Shown: positions 19,770 through 30,763 of the stretch, one piece after another
Layout of the letters: every line of letters starts with the position of its first letter
How positions within the stretch are numbered: the stretch's first letter is position 1
Assembly (NCBI GenBank): GCA_965263295.1
Contig: OZ253665.1
Location: forward strand, 1,568,001 to 1,632,000
Reading direction: 5' to 3'
Source of the DNA: Spirochaetia bacterium
Lineage (GTDB): Bacteria; Spirochaetota; Spirochaetia; SP-2023
DNA length: 64,000 nt
Notes under the pieces: generated by a model
The model's database searches: none
What the model was told of the DNA's origin: nothing
What the model saw: only the letters and a program-made list of their open reading frames with translations
Position numbers and translations under genes: made by a program

Positions 19770-20182
19770 ATCCGCTTGACCTCAAACAACGGTGTATCAA
19801 ACGCAACCATCGTACCGTTTCCTACCAGAACCTTGACGATTTCACAGTCAAACTCAGCTTCTAGCTCATTCATTAATTTCATGGCTTCAAGGATACAAAG
19901 AGTTTGCCCCTTGCTCACGCGGTCGCCCTCGTTGACAAAGTAAGGCGCATCGGGAGCCGGCTGACGGTAAAAGTTGCCGACAATGGGGGCCTTAATCAGC
20001 TCTCCCCCAGCGCTGACTTGCGGCTCTGTGCTCGCAACAGGTGCGGCGGCGACTGTCGTCTGCTGGGTCACAGCCCCAGCTTTCATTAAATGAATGGAAA
20101 GCTCTTGGTTTTCAAATGTCAACTCCTGGATGTTGCGCTTTTCAAACTCCGCCATCAATTCGTACAAAAATTCTTTATCCAT
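19766..20182 (-). CDS. accB: Biotin carboxyl carrier protein
   Basis: EAMKLMNE biotinylation motif; APIVGNFY. ATG 20182 chosen (TTG 20197 also possible). Confidence 0.95.
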   Translation of the reverse strand: MDKEFLYELMAEFEKRNIQELTFENQELSIHLMKAGAVTQQTTVAAAPVASTEPQVSAGGELIKAPIVGNFYRQPAPDAPYFVNEGDRVSKGQTLCILEAMKLMNELEAEFDCEIVKVLVGNGTMVAFDTPLFEVKRI

Positions 20183-20324
20183 ATTTGGGGCCCTCAATTT
20201 GATTTGAGTCTTTGGTCCGTCTCTAACTGCAGCTCAAACAAATGCAAGCAGAAATCGGGCACGCGCACGGCGCGGGATATTTGGCCTATCCTAGCGGATT
20301 CTCTGGGCCATGGGAAGGCGATAA

Positions 20325-20379
20325 GAAAGCAACGGGAAAGCAACGGGAAAGCAACGGGAATGCCACGTGAAAACCACAT
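20325..20379. repeat. 11-bp tandem repeat (GAAAGCAACGG x3 plus 2 degenerate copies)
   Basis: Exact copies at 20325, 20336, 20347, then GAATGCCACGT and GAAAACCACAT. Confidence 0.9.
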
Positions 20380-20659
20380 GAGAAAGTCACGGCGAGCGAA
20401 GCGCCGACAGGCGGGCAGAAACAGAATCTGTTACAACCTTTTCAACCTGGCCGCAGGTTCAAAACCGGCAGATACACCTGCAACTGCGGCCGCGCGGCAT
20501 TATCCAAGCGCAGTTGAAGTGCCGCGTAAGTCGACCAGACACAGCCAATACCCGATATTGCCGGCAACCTAGTCCCAGCTGCTTGAGAAAGCTAATTCTC
20601 GCAGCTGCCGCGAGAAGCCAAACAGCGACAGCCAAAAATAATAACGCTACCTGAGGGAT

Positions 20660-21454
20660 TTAACGCACTACCGTGCCGATAAATGCGGCGCCATTGAGGA
20701 TATTTTGCAGATTGGCCCAATCGCGGCCATCGGCAAAAACCAGTTCCATGCCAATCTTGGCGGCATGAGCCGTGGCCACGGGGTCAAAAGGCATTGAACG
20801 ACCGGGTATCCATTCAGTGCCGACCATTTTCTGGTAACCCTGCCAGTCAATTTCAGTGAGGGCCGGGGCCGATGGATTTTTTGCCGGATCGTCGGCATAA
20901 ATCTGAGCTATATTTGAGAGGCAAAGGAGGCGCTGTGCGCCGACATGCTCAGCCAGTAAAACGGAGACATAATCTGTGGAAAAACCGGGTTTCCAACCGC
21001 CACCGACAACAATACGGCCCAGCTCTGAAGTCGGCGGCAACTGATCATAACTCATCAGCAAAGGCTGGCGGACCCAAGCCTCTCCTGCCCTATCCGTCAA
21101 ACCACAAGCCAGCAAGCGCAAATATTCGCCGTTTAAATGCGTAGCGCGAATGCCCAACCAATCCACGGCCTCATCGCCACACTCTGATAATTGCCAACCC
21201 TGTCCCCGCAGTGTCTCTCGCACTGTGGCCGCTCCCTGCTGATAACGACGCGCTGGCGCACCGCCGCCAACGACCAAAGCCAAATAGCGCCGCTCATCCG
21301 CAATTAACCAGCGCTGCAAAAAATTCAGGAGCTGCACAGCGAAGTCTGCGTCCGGCCCCGCGCTATTGACAGGGGCGACAATTGAACCACCCAAATCAAT
21401 GACCAGCCATTCTTTCTGCTCTACCATATGTTCTACCATGCTCCGGGCCTCCAT
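20660..21454 (-). CDS. pyrH: Uridylate kinase (archaeal/spirochete type)
   Basis: VIDLGGS, VVGGGAPARRYQ, DWLGIRATHLN, GGWKPGFSTD, IYADDP, PFDPVA. Confidence 0.92.
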   Translation of the reverse strand: MEARSMVEHMVEQKEWLVIDLGGSIVAPVNSAGPDADFAVQLLNFLQRWLIADERRYLALVVGGGAPARRYQQGAATVRETLRGQGWQLSECGDEAVDWLGIRATHLNGEYLRLLACGLTDRAGEAWVRQPLLMSYDQLPPTSELGRIVVGGGWKPGFSTDYVSVLLAEHVGAQRLLCLSNIAQIYADDPAKNPSAPALTEIDWQGYQKMVGTEWIPGRSMPFDPVATAHAAKIGMELVFADGRDWANLQNILNGAAFIGTVVR

Positions 21455-21483
21455 AATTTATGAAATCAGGACAAAACAGCCAG

Positions 21484-22257
21484 CTACAACCAGCTAACTT
21501 CAGTCGCGAGTTGCATGGCCGCTTCAAGGCGCTGGGTTGAATTCAACCGCATATCCAGAAACTCGTCGAAACGTTGGGCAAAATCAAAAGGCAGCAATTC
21601 TAACTTTTCCAGTTCGAGCTGCTGCAGGCGCAGCGGCGGAATAAACTGCCTGTTAATCAGAAAAAGGACTTGCAACAAGGCTTCGAGAAAGCGCCCCTGT
21701 GCCTGAATGATCAGCACCCGGTCGTGATGGGATAGCGCATCCTGCAACAGGGCAAGATCCAGCGTCATACGGCTCACCGCATGGCTTTTGAGGTTGATCC
21801 ACATCAGTTCTGGCGCTTCGCTGAGGAAGCCCTTAACTTCATCCAGCCAATTGTCCCTTTGCATCAAGATATGACCGTGCAAAATAGTATAAAATATTTC
21901 TGTATGCTTTTCGTATGAAGCCCAGTTTGAGGCCTCCAGATTATGTACCAGGTAATCTATAATACGTTTGTCAATACAGTGCAACTCCAGCGGAATCTCA
22001 TCAATATGGCCGTATGTGCGGGTACGGGTTTCGTTGGAAATTTCCACCCCCAGGGCTTCGACAATTTCGCGGCGTTTTCCCACGCCAGGAGCGCCACCCT
22101 CACCGTAATAAATCCCCAAATTAACCGACATATACGGGTGGGCATGGTCAAATTCGAACAAAGAATTCTCGGAGACAATGCCCCTGACTTCTGGCAATCC
22201 CTGTAATTGGCTAGCGATCTTCTTTGCCAATTCAAAATAATTGATCATATATAACAC
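21484..22257 (-). CDS. DUF4037-like protein (nucleotidyltransferase fold plus helical domain)
   Basis: Overall layout and C-terminal LFLINRQFIP...LELLP motif resemble DUF4037 proteins; recognised by eye. Confidence 0.55.
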   Translation of the reverse strand: MLYMINYFELAKKIASQLQGLPEVRGIVSENSLFEFDHAHPYMSVNLGIYYGEGGAPGVGKRREIVEALGVEISNETRTRTYGHIDEIPLELHCIDKRIIDYLVHNLEASNWASYEKHTEIFYTILHGHILMQRDNWLDEVKGFLSEAPELMWINLKSHAVSRMTLDLALLQDALSHHDRVLIIQAQGRFLEALLQVLFLINRQFIPPLRLQQLELEKLELLPFDFAQRFDEFLDMRLNSTQRLEAAMQLATEVSWL

Positions 22258-22260
22258 CTG

Positions 22261-22923
22261 TTAATTCGATGTATCTTCAAAACCTTCATCAAAAACAATA
22301 AAACCCAGGGTCGTCAGCTGACTTCTTACCTCAGCCATGATCTCATCAGCAATGTAGGCAGACTGGGCCATAAACGCCACGATAAATCCTTTTTCATTTT
22401 CTTCAAACTCATTTGCGCGTCGGCTAATATCTGCATCACTCTTGGAAAACTTGCCGTAAAAAGGTTTATGCTCATCCTCGACGACGCTGCGCCGTACATC
22501 AAAAGTCTGTCCGCCGTCCACAGTCACTTGAATATAGTTGTCTTTGTCAATATCATTTCTTTCAATCGTCACGCGGCTTGCCATGCCAATGTTCTCAAAA
22601 TGGTTTCCACCATAGCGTGTAGGATACAACTCATGAAAGTCTTTTTCCACGATATCACTTGAACTGTAAACATCTGAATTGCGAAAGTAATCCAAATCCT
22701 TGTCGACCAGACTCTTGTCTTCGGTTTGGGGACCTTGTCTAGGATAAATTTTATACCATATGATATAAAACTGAATTTTATTATCTGTTGGCGTTTTAAA
22801 GGCCAAATTATTACCACGATAACCATCTTTGTCCACAGCGATCGGTGCGTCCGGCAATTCAAGTACACCGGGGAGACCACAGCTCATCAGGAACAAAAAA
22901 ATCAAGCAATAAAAAATCTTCAT
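22261..22923 (-). CDS. Putative lipoprotein
   Basis: MKIFYCLIFLFLMS|C spirochete-style lipoprotein signal; AT-rich ORF. Confidence 0.75.
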   Translation of the reverse strand: MKIFYCLIFLFLMSCGLPGVLELPDAPIAVDKDGYRGNNLAFKTPTDNKIQFYIIWYKIYPRQGPQTEDKSLVDKDLDYFRNSDVYSSSDIVEKDFHELYPTRYGGNHFENIGMASRVTIERNDIDKDNYIQVTVDGGQTFDVRRSVVEDEHKPFYGKFSKSDADISRRANEFEENEKGFIVAFMAQSAYIADEIMAEVRSQLTTLGFIVFDEGFEDTSN

Positions 22924-23030
22924 TATCGTTATCTAAGAGCTTCTTTATTATCTTTTGGGGGCAAGCAGTCAGTAAGCAAATGACTGAGCCAAGCTTTAGA
23001 ATTAGCTTTGCACTATGTCACCATATATTA

Positions 23031-23061
23031 ATCAAAAGCCCTGGCTTGGCAAGCCAGGGCT
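23031..23061 (-). terminator. Intrinsic terminator downstream of the 16S rRNA gene
   Basis: Perfect 11-bp inverted repeat AGCCCTGGCTT (23037-23047) / AAGCCAGGGCT (23051-23061), ending in TTTT on the minus strand. Confidence 0.75.
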
Positions 23062-23189
23062 AATATACAAATTCTCAGAATACGAAATTTAAACGATTGC
23101 AAATAAAAATAAGAGGGATGCAAATAAAAAAGAGCAGGGAAGACATGACTGTTGCCGAGGTTCTATAACCCCTACAAACCTTTCACATT

Positions 23190-24758
<1,569 letters not shown>

Positions 24759-24941
24759 ATAATACCGGACGAATCCGGCAAAATTATCCTTATTCATTAC
24801 AGTCACCTTCAATTGAAGGCGAGCTGCACAAGCGTCATGTCTTCCCTGCTCTTCTCTATTTTCAATGAACGGCAGCCGCACTAGCTGGCATTTAAGTTGC
24901 CCGGTGCGACAAGCGCACTCGGCAGCTGCGATGTGAGGGGC

Positions 24942-24969
24942 ACTATAGCCAAAATCCTTTTCTTGTCAA
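24942..24969 (-). promoter_or_regulatory. Sigma70 rRNA promoter
   Basis: TTGACA (24969-24964), 16 nt, TATAGT (24947-24942), then a GC-rich discriminator GCCCCTC. Confidence 0.8.
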
Positions 24970-25091
24970 GCAACGATACAAAAATCTTGCATTTTTTTTC
25001 TTGTAGACCGTGGAATTTCTAATGCTATCTTCTTCTCAAATTAGAAAATAGCCCCGCCTATTAGAAAATCAAAGGAACTTTTACACGCTGC

Positions 25092-27524
25092 TTACATCAT
25101 GGCCATAGGGTCGACATCTATCTCAACATAGACGCGGGCGCTGCGCTGATTTTGTCTGGCTTGCCAAAAGTAGTGCTGCACACAACGATGCACAACGCCA
25201 AAACTCTGTCTGCTAATGCGCAACAGCATGTGATAACGATACTTGCCAGCCACGCGGGAATACGGACATTCACAGGGTGCAAACAGCTCCATCTGGCCCA
25301 GCCCCCGCATTGCCACCAATGACTCCTGCAAGCCTTTATACCAATGTTGCGCTTCTATCTGCAGCTTCCCCAAGTCCGCACTGCGGAATACAAAACGAAT
25401 TATCCGACTAAACGGAGGGTAAAAGGCTAATTCTCGGAACTGCATTTCTTTACGATAAAAGCCCTCCCAATCCAAAGTTGCCACTTTTTGAATGACTTCG
25501 CTCTGAGGCTGGTAAGTCTGGATCAGAATTTTTCCTCCCGCGCTATATCGTCCAGCGCGGCCGGCGACTTGCACCAGCAGACTGAAACTGCGTTCAGCAG
25601 CACGAAAATCTGGCATATTTAAGCTCGTATCGGCCAGAATTACTCCAACCAGCTTGACACGCTCAAAATTCAAGCCTTTAGCCACCATTTGCGTCCCAAC
25701 TAAAAGGTCCAATTCTCCGGCGCGAAATTCTTGTAAAATTTTTTCACTCTGGCCCTTCCTGCGCGACACATCCGTATCCAAACGAGCTATTCGCAAGTGA
25801 GCAAAATACCGCTGCAGCTCCTCCTCAATTTGCTCTGTCCCAAATCCGACAAACTCCATATCCTGCTTATGACAATAATTACAAGTATTAATCAACGGCA
25901 TAGAAAAACCACAGAGGTGGCATTTCAGGCGCTGCGAATTTTTGTGATACGTCAGCGCCACACTACATTCAGGGCACTCTTGCACTTTGCCACAAGAAAA
26001 ACATTCCACAATAGGCGAATACCCCCGTCGATTCAAAAACAGAATAACCTGGTCGCCACAGCTGCTCACCAATTCAATTTCTCGAACTAGCTGCTCGGAA
26101 AGAATAGACTTGCTCCGACGCAGATCAATGACCTCGACTTCGGGAAAGCTGCCCCCCGCCAAGCGCTGGCTCAAACGCAGCAGTTCAATGCTGTGGAATT
26201 CGCTTGGCGTTCCCGCAGTATTGAGCCTTTCTGCCGCAGCTCCGGGCGCAACTATGTTAGGTTGTTCAGGCTGCAATGGAGACCGTTCGGCTACGACGGG
26301 CTTCGGACTTGCCTGATTTTGTTCGCGCTCGCTTTGCCAAGCTCGCCGAATAAAATCAGGCAAGTCTTCGGGAATTTCACTAGGCATTGGCGCAAGATCC
26401 TCTTGTGCCAATGCCGTTCGCTCATCTGCTCCAGGCTCAACATCGGTGGCGGTTTTATTTGCGATAATCGACGTCAGGTAGTCGCTGCAGTGCATGGCTT
26501 CCACCGAAGGAGTCGCACTGCCCATCAACAGTATCGACTTGTGGTCGCGACAGCGACGCATCGCAACCTGCCGCGCGTGGTAGCGCGGCGTATCTCCCGC
26601 TTTATAACTTTGCTCGTGTTCCTCATCGAGAATTATCAGGCCCAGCTCTTGCAGCGGCGCAAAGACAGCAGAGCGGGCACCCAAGACAATTCGGCACCGT
26701 CCCTGTTGCAGACTGCGCCAATACCACAGACGCATTTCGGCACTTAAATGAGAATGCAACAAGGCCACTGGCTGTTGAAACCGGCGTTGCAGTTGTTCCC
26801 GCAACTGATAGCACAAAGAAATTTCAGGCACTAAATAAATGACACCCTTACCCTGCGCCAAAACCTGCGCCATACATTGCAAAAAAACCTCTGTTTTACC
26901 AGAGCCTGTCGGACCAAATAAATAATAAAATGGCGAATCTGCGGCCACCCCACCTTCAAGCGAAGAACAGACAGTCGCCACAGCGGTTTTCTGTTCTTCA
27001 GAGAGCTGCGCCGGGCGATCCAGCAAATCCCTGCTTGCAGAAACCTCAGGGCCGAGTTCACACAGCAGAGGCTCTTTCTCTTTTTTACCAGTCGGAAGTA
27101 TACAGTTCAAAGCCTGGCCCAGACTACAAACATAATACTGCGAGAGCCAGCGAGCCAAGTGCAATTCGCGCGAGCCAAACAGGGGACGAGCTTCGACGAT
27201 TTCTAACTCTTTTAGTTCGTCCAGTCGTAGTTTGCCCGCTTCAATAAGTTGTTCTAAAGCTCCGCAAGGTTGCAAGGCAACCGAAATAATCCAGCCTTCC
27301 TTCCGCCTCTGGCCAAAACTGGCCAATATCCGTTGGCCTATTTCGGGGAAAAGGGGCTCAGGATTTTCGGGCTTTTGTTCCTTTTCTTCCTTTGCAACTG
27401 TTTTCTTCCGTCCTCGTCGCTTTGGCGGCGGGGGCTTCCACGGCTTGGGCTCATAGCGATACGTAAAACTTTGCCGAAGAGGTAGAGCAAAGCAGACCTC
27501 ACAATAATATACCGACTGACCCAT
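25092..27524 (-). CDS. priA: Primosomal protein N' (replication restart helicase)
   Basis: GPTGSGKTEVF, LVPEISL, DEEHE, SATPS, four CxxC pairs, GTQMVAKG, QVAGRAGR. ATG 27524 chosen to avoid overlap with udg. Confidence 0.96.
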   Translation of the reverse strand: MGQSVYYCEVCFALPLRQSFTYRYEPKPWKPPPPKRRGRKKTVAKEEKEQKPENPEPLFPEIGQRILASFGQRRKEGWIISVALQPCGALEQLIEAGKLRLDELKELEIVEARPLFGSRELHLARWLSQYYVCSLGQALNCILPTGKKEKEPLLCELGPEVSASRDLLDRPAQLSEEQKTAVATVCSSLEGGVAADSPFYYLFGPTGSGKTEVFLQCMAQVLAQGKGVIYLVPEISLCYQLREQLQRRFQQPVALLHSHLSAEMRLWYWRSLQQGRCRIVLGARSAVFAPLQELGLIILDEEHEQSYKAGDTPRYHARQVAMRRCRDHKSILLMGSATPSVEAMHCSDYLTSIIANKTATDVEPGADERTALAQEDLAPMPSEIPEDLPDFIRRAWQSEREQNQASPKPVVAERSPLQPEQPNIVAPGAAAERLNTAGTPSEFHSIELLRLSQRLAGGSFPEVEVIDLRRSKSILSEQLVREIELVSSCGDQVILFLNRRGYSPIVECFSCGKVQECPECSVALTYHKNSQRLKCHLCGFSMPLINTCNYCHKQDMEFVGFGTEQIEEELQRYFAHLRIARLDTDVSRRKGQSEKILQEFRAGELDLLVGTQMVAKGLNFERVKLVGVILADTSLNMPDFRAAERSFSLLVQVAGRAGRYSAGGKILIQTYQPQSEVIQKVATLDWEGFYRKEMQFRELAFYPPFSRIIRFVFRSADLGKLQIEAQHWYKGLQESLVAMRGLGQMELFAPCECPYSRVAGKYRYHMLLRISRQSFGVVHRCVQHYFWQARQNQRSARVYVEIDVDPMAMM

Positions 27525-27550
27525 AACGGGGCATGAATCCGACGACATGA

Positions 27551-28633
27551 CTACGACTGCAAAAACGCCCGTAGACGCTTTAGATCCTGCCATACGGGCA
27601 CCCGAAGCTCTGCCGGATTCTGCAGCACCTCCGCCACAGAATAAGTGACAAACAATGGGATACTGCGATTTGCTCCCCGATACTGGAGATCACTTTTGCG
27701 CAAAGTGTTGAGATCACTGCGCAGCTGGCTCAAGCTACGCGCGGCACTGCTCCCCAGGGCCAATATGGCCCGCGGATGAAAATACCGCAACTGCTGCCGC
27801 AAGTGGGTGCTGCAAGTTTTAACCTCTTCGGGCCAGGCTGCGCGATTCCCAGGGGTCCGGCATTTGACTAGATTCGTTAAATAATAATGGTCGCGCATCT
27901 GGATCGCGTCCAACCACTTTTCCAGATATTCCTGACTTTCGGCCGGCAGCGGCTGCCCCTGGCGATCGGCATCATAGGTGGGCACGTCGCAAACCAGTAA
28001 AAGTCGTACGACCTGAGGCTCTTTCAGACGCTGCTGCGGATAACCGACAATAGCCTGCTCCCGAATGCGAGTCGTCTCCTGCCCCAAATTACAGGCCTGG
28101 CATTGTTGAATGGCCTGCGGCCAATCTGTCTCGGCGGCAAGCGCCCCAGGCACCCCAGGGAGAATCACCTCAGAGGGAATAACCTCAGGGGGAATTGTCT
28201 CAGGGGAAACCGTTGTAAAATCATCTTTTTCATTTGACCTCACAGCTACTTTTGACCGGGCTTCCGCGGCCATGCTTCCCGTCTCAGTTACGGCAACTGG
28301 AACCGGAGGCGTATCCCTTAGCTCAACTGCCACAATCTTCTTAGTTGACGCTGCTTGCTCCGCATTGACGGGCAAATTTACTGCCGTTGCCGATTTTTCC
28401 TCCGCCGGTGGCTCCGAAGTCACAGCCACGTTCAAGCGACGAAAAGCTGGCGGCGGAGCCAACTCTTTGGCATGTTGCCAACAGAGCTCTGCCGGAGTTT
28501 CGCGCAGCTCACGATCCAGGCGGGCGACACAGGCCCACAATTGCCGCCATAGCTGCTGTGTAATTCCAGGAGCAGGGTCCATATCCTGGCCGTTTTGACT
28601 CAGTGCCGTATCATCCATGTCCATTGGCCGCAA
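27551..28633 (-). CDS. Uracil-DNA glycosylase family 4 with long N-terminal extension
   Basis: CQACNL Fe-S ligands; YLTNLVKCRTPGNR; C..HLRQQL; ILALG; WQDL. Confidence 0.82.
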   Translation of the reverse strand: MRPMDMDDTALSQNGQDMDPAPGITQQLWRQLWACVARLDRELRETPAELCWQHAKELAPPPAFRRLNVAVTSEPPAEEKSATAVNLPVNAEQAASTKKIVAVELRDTPPVPVAVTETGSMAAEARSKVAVRSNEKDDFTTVSPETIPPEVIPSEVILPGVPGALAAETDWPQAIQQCQACNLGQETTRIREQAIVGYPQQRLKEPQVVRLLLVCDVPTYDADRQGQPLPAESQEYLEKWLDAIQMRDHYYLTNLVKCRTPGNRAAWPEEVKTCSTHLRQQLRYFHPRAILALGSSAARSLSQLRSDLNTLRKSDLQYRGANRSIPLFVTYSVAEVLQNPAELRVPVWQDLKRLRAFLQS

Positions 28634-28645
28634 TTTCCTAGGTAT

Positions 28646-29611
28646 TTAATATAGCCAAGACCATTGCCAATCCAAGCCCTTCTGATTCTTTTGGGCGTAA
28701 ATCACCTGATTCAAGCACAGGCCGTGAGGCGGGGCATTGAATCCCGTGTGCCCGCCACTCAAGTCTTGTTTTGCCAATCTACGGGCCATTTGTTCGCGCA
28801 GTTCAAATCGCTGCGCATACATAATGTCGTAAATCTTTGCAGCGGCAAAATTCCGGGCGAGAACCTTGTGTCGCTGACAGTAAAGGCCGACAGCTGTCCC
28901 CACAATACTGCGCACCATATGCCATAAAAAAGCATTACCCACAATACGAAAAACTATATATGGCCCCTGATAATAAAATGACAAAGAATACACGCGACGG
29001 ACCTTAGTTTTTGCCTGGTCTCCGGCTACAGTAAAAGCGCTAAAATCGTGTTCACCTAACAACGGCGCCACCATGCTGTTCAGCACCGCTACATCCAGCT
29101 GGGGGGCACGCACGTACCAGGCCTGCGAACGCTGCTCTGGAACACAGGATAAATCCTGAATAATACGATAATGGTAGACCCGAGCGAGCGCGCTATAGCG
29201 TGCATGGAAATTAGTGGGCACCTCCCAGCTCTGCAAAATACGTATATCCTTGGCTAGATGAGAGTTCAATGCCTCACGGAAACGTTCGGCAGCGAGGCTG
29301 CGGGCACTAATATCAGTGTAGAAATTCGCGACCTGAGCGCTCGCGTGTACACCGGCATCCGTTCGGCCAGCGGCATACAACACCACGCCATTCTGATCTG
29401 GGGCCTCCAGGCTGCCCTTGTGAAGCTTGTTTAGGGCCTCGCGCAAGTCTCCCTCGACAGTACGGCACTGGGGCTGGCATTGCCAACCGGCAAAATTCTG
29501 CCCGCAATAAGCTATCTTGATGGCAATATTACGCAAATTCGCAGTCTCGGCAAGCGCTCTAGCCGGTTCATGCCTTCCAGGCCCTAGCGCCACAGGCTCG
29601 CTGTCAGGCAT
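28646..29611 (-). CDS. truA: tRNA pseudouridine(38-40) synthase
   Basis: FAGWQCQ, AGRTDAGVHA, FHARYSA, GEHDFSAF, FLWHMVR. Confidence 0.95.
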   Translation of the reverse strand: MPDSEPVALGPGRHEPARALAETANLRNIAIKIAYCGQNFAGWQCQPQCRTVEGDLREALNKLHKGSLEAPDQNGVVLYAAGRTDAGVHASAQVANFYTDISARSLAAERFREALNSHLAKDIRILQSWEVPTNFHARYSALARVYHYRIIQDLSCVPEQRSQAWYVRAPQLDVAVLNSMVAPLLGEHDFSAFTVAGDQAKTKVRRVYSLSFYYQGPYIVFRIVGNAFLWHMVRSIVGTAVGLYCQRHKVLARNFAAAKIYDIMYAQRFELREQMARRLAKQDLSGGHTGFNAPPHGLCLNQVIYAQKNQKGLDWQWSWLY

Positions 29612-30512
29612 TTAGTAGGCTGTTAATTTCTTTGTTAATTTGGGCATATAAGTCTCGACTGTGACTTAAAATCACTGTCGGTTTACTCTGGGAAGCCCGT
29701 CCCGTCCCCACCAGACGGGCAATCATGACTTTCGCTTCCTGCAGGCGCTTGATGCGCAACTCGACATTGCTGCGCTGCCCATACTTGTATTGCAACATTC
29801 CCGCCAGATAAATAGCCCCATCCAAACCAAAATTATGGTCGACATCTGGGCCATAATTGATAATTGCGGAAGTTGTCAGGCACTGTTCCATCGTATCATT
29901 TAGCTCTATGGCGCGACTGTAAAAATAACCAGCTTTGCGATACAGGATACGCGCCAGGTAATCGTAGTTTTCATCTGGACTGTCGTGATGCAAGTGAACG
30001 GCCAACCAAGCCGCGCGAATGGCACAGATGCCCTGTCTCAACACGGGCGCTTGATTGACCCCAAAATATTCATAGGCATACACACCGACGAGATAGGCGG
30101 CGATACCTTCCTGCAGGCGACGATAACGGAGGAAATCCACATCCTCAAAGACTTGTTCGACAATTTCTTTACGCATCTGCATCGCATTCTTGGTTTTAAG
30201 GTTCTCTCGCACTTCCTTTTTCGGCTTGCCAAAATCCTCGGGAAACGCACTGTAATAGCAGTTCGGGCAAGTCCAAATGGCATAAATCAGAGGATAGACA
30301 TCCCCAAATTTTTCTGTGGGACGGAATAACCGGTGTAGCTCGGTCGTTAATCTCTCGGCATTCAGGCGGCCGCCGCCAGTTAGCAGTTCTTCATGTTTAA
30401 AGGAATATCCGCAGATCGGGCATTTATGCTGCTGGCTGTTAAAAAATGATATGCGGCTGTTATCCCCGTATTCTGCGTTATCCTTTTTTCGATCCTTGGC
30501 CATAATACTCAC
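29604..30512 (-). CDS. DUF2225-family zinc-binding protein
   Basis: CPICG...CPNCYYSA, EELLTGGGRL, IRAAW, GPDVDHNFG. Confidence 0.8.
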   Translation of the reverse strand: MSIMAKDRKKDNAEYGDNSRISFFNSQQHKCPICGYSFKHEELLTGGGRLNAERLTTELHRLFRPTEKFGDVYPLIYAIWTCPNCYYSAFPEDFGKPKKEVRENLKTKNAMQMRKEIVEQVFEDVDFLRYRRLQEGIAAYLVGVYAYEYFGVNQAPVLRQGICAIRAAWLAVHLHHDSPDENYDYLARILYRKAGYFYSRAIELNDTMEQCLTTSAIINYGPDVDHNFGLDGAIYLAGMLQYKYGQRSNVELRIKRLQEAKVMIARLVGTGRASQSKPTVILSHSRDLYAQINKEINSLLNA

Positions 30513-30763
30513 CCTCCTACCCTACTGAGGCTCTGATTATCTATCAATTAATTTGTGGCTGTTCTGCAGCAATCGGCTACTAGTTTGCTTTTCTTTAATA
30601 TCAGAAACCAGCTTCTTGGCCTTCAGAGGAATTTACCCCAATAATACTGAAAATAAGCAAACTTTTTAGCTGGCAAAACCAGTATTCCAATGGCATAAAT
30701 AGATGATTGGACAATATTTTGACTCTTCTTCATATCCATAGCAATCCCTGTGAAGAATTCTGA

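Noticed and set aside
20325..20392. Repeat array as a CRISPR
   Set aside because: Units are 11 bp, directly tandem and without spacers, and there are no cas genes.
26200..26490. PriA insertion as an intein (starts near Cys-Ser)
   Set aside because: No C-terminal His-Asn and no recognisable intein blocks; composition is low-complexity.
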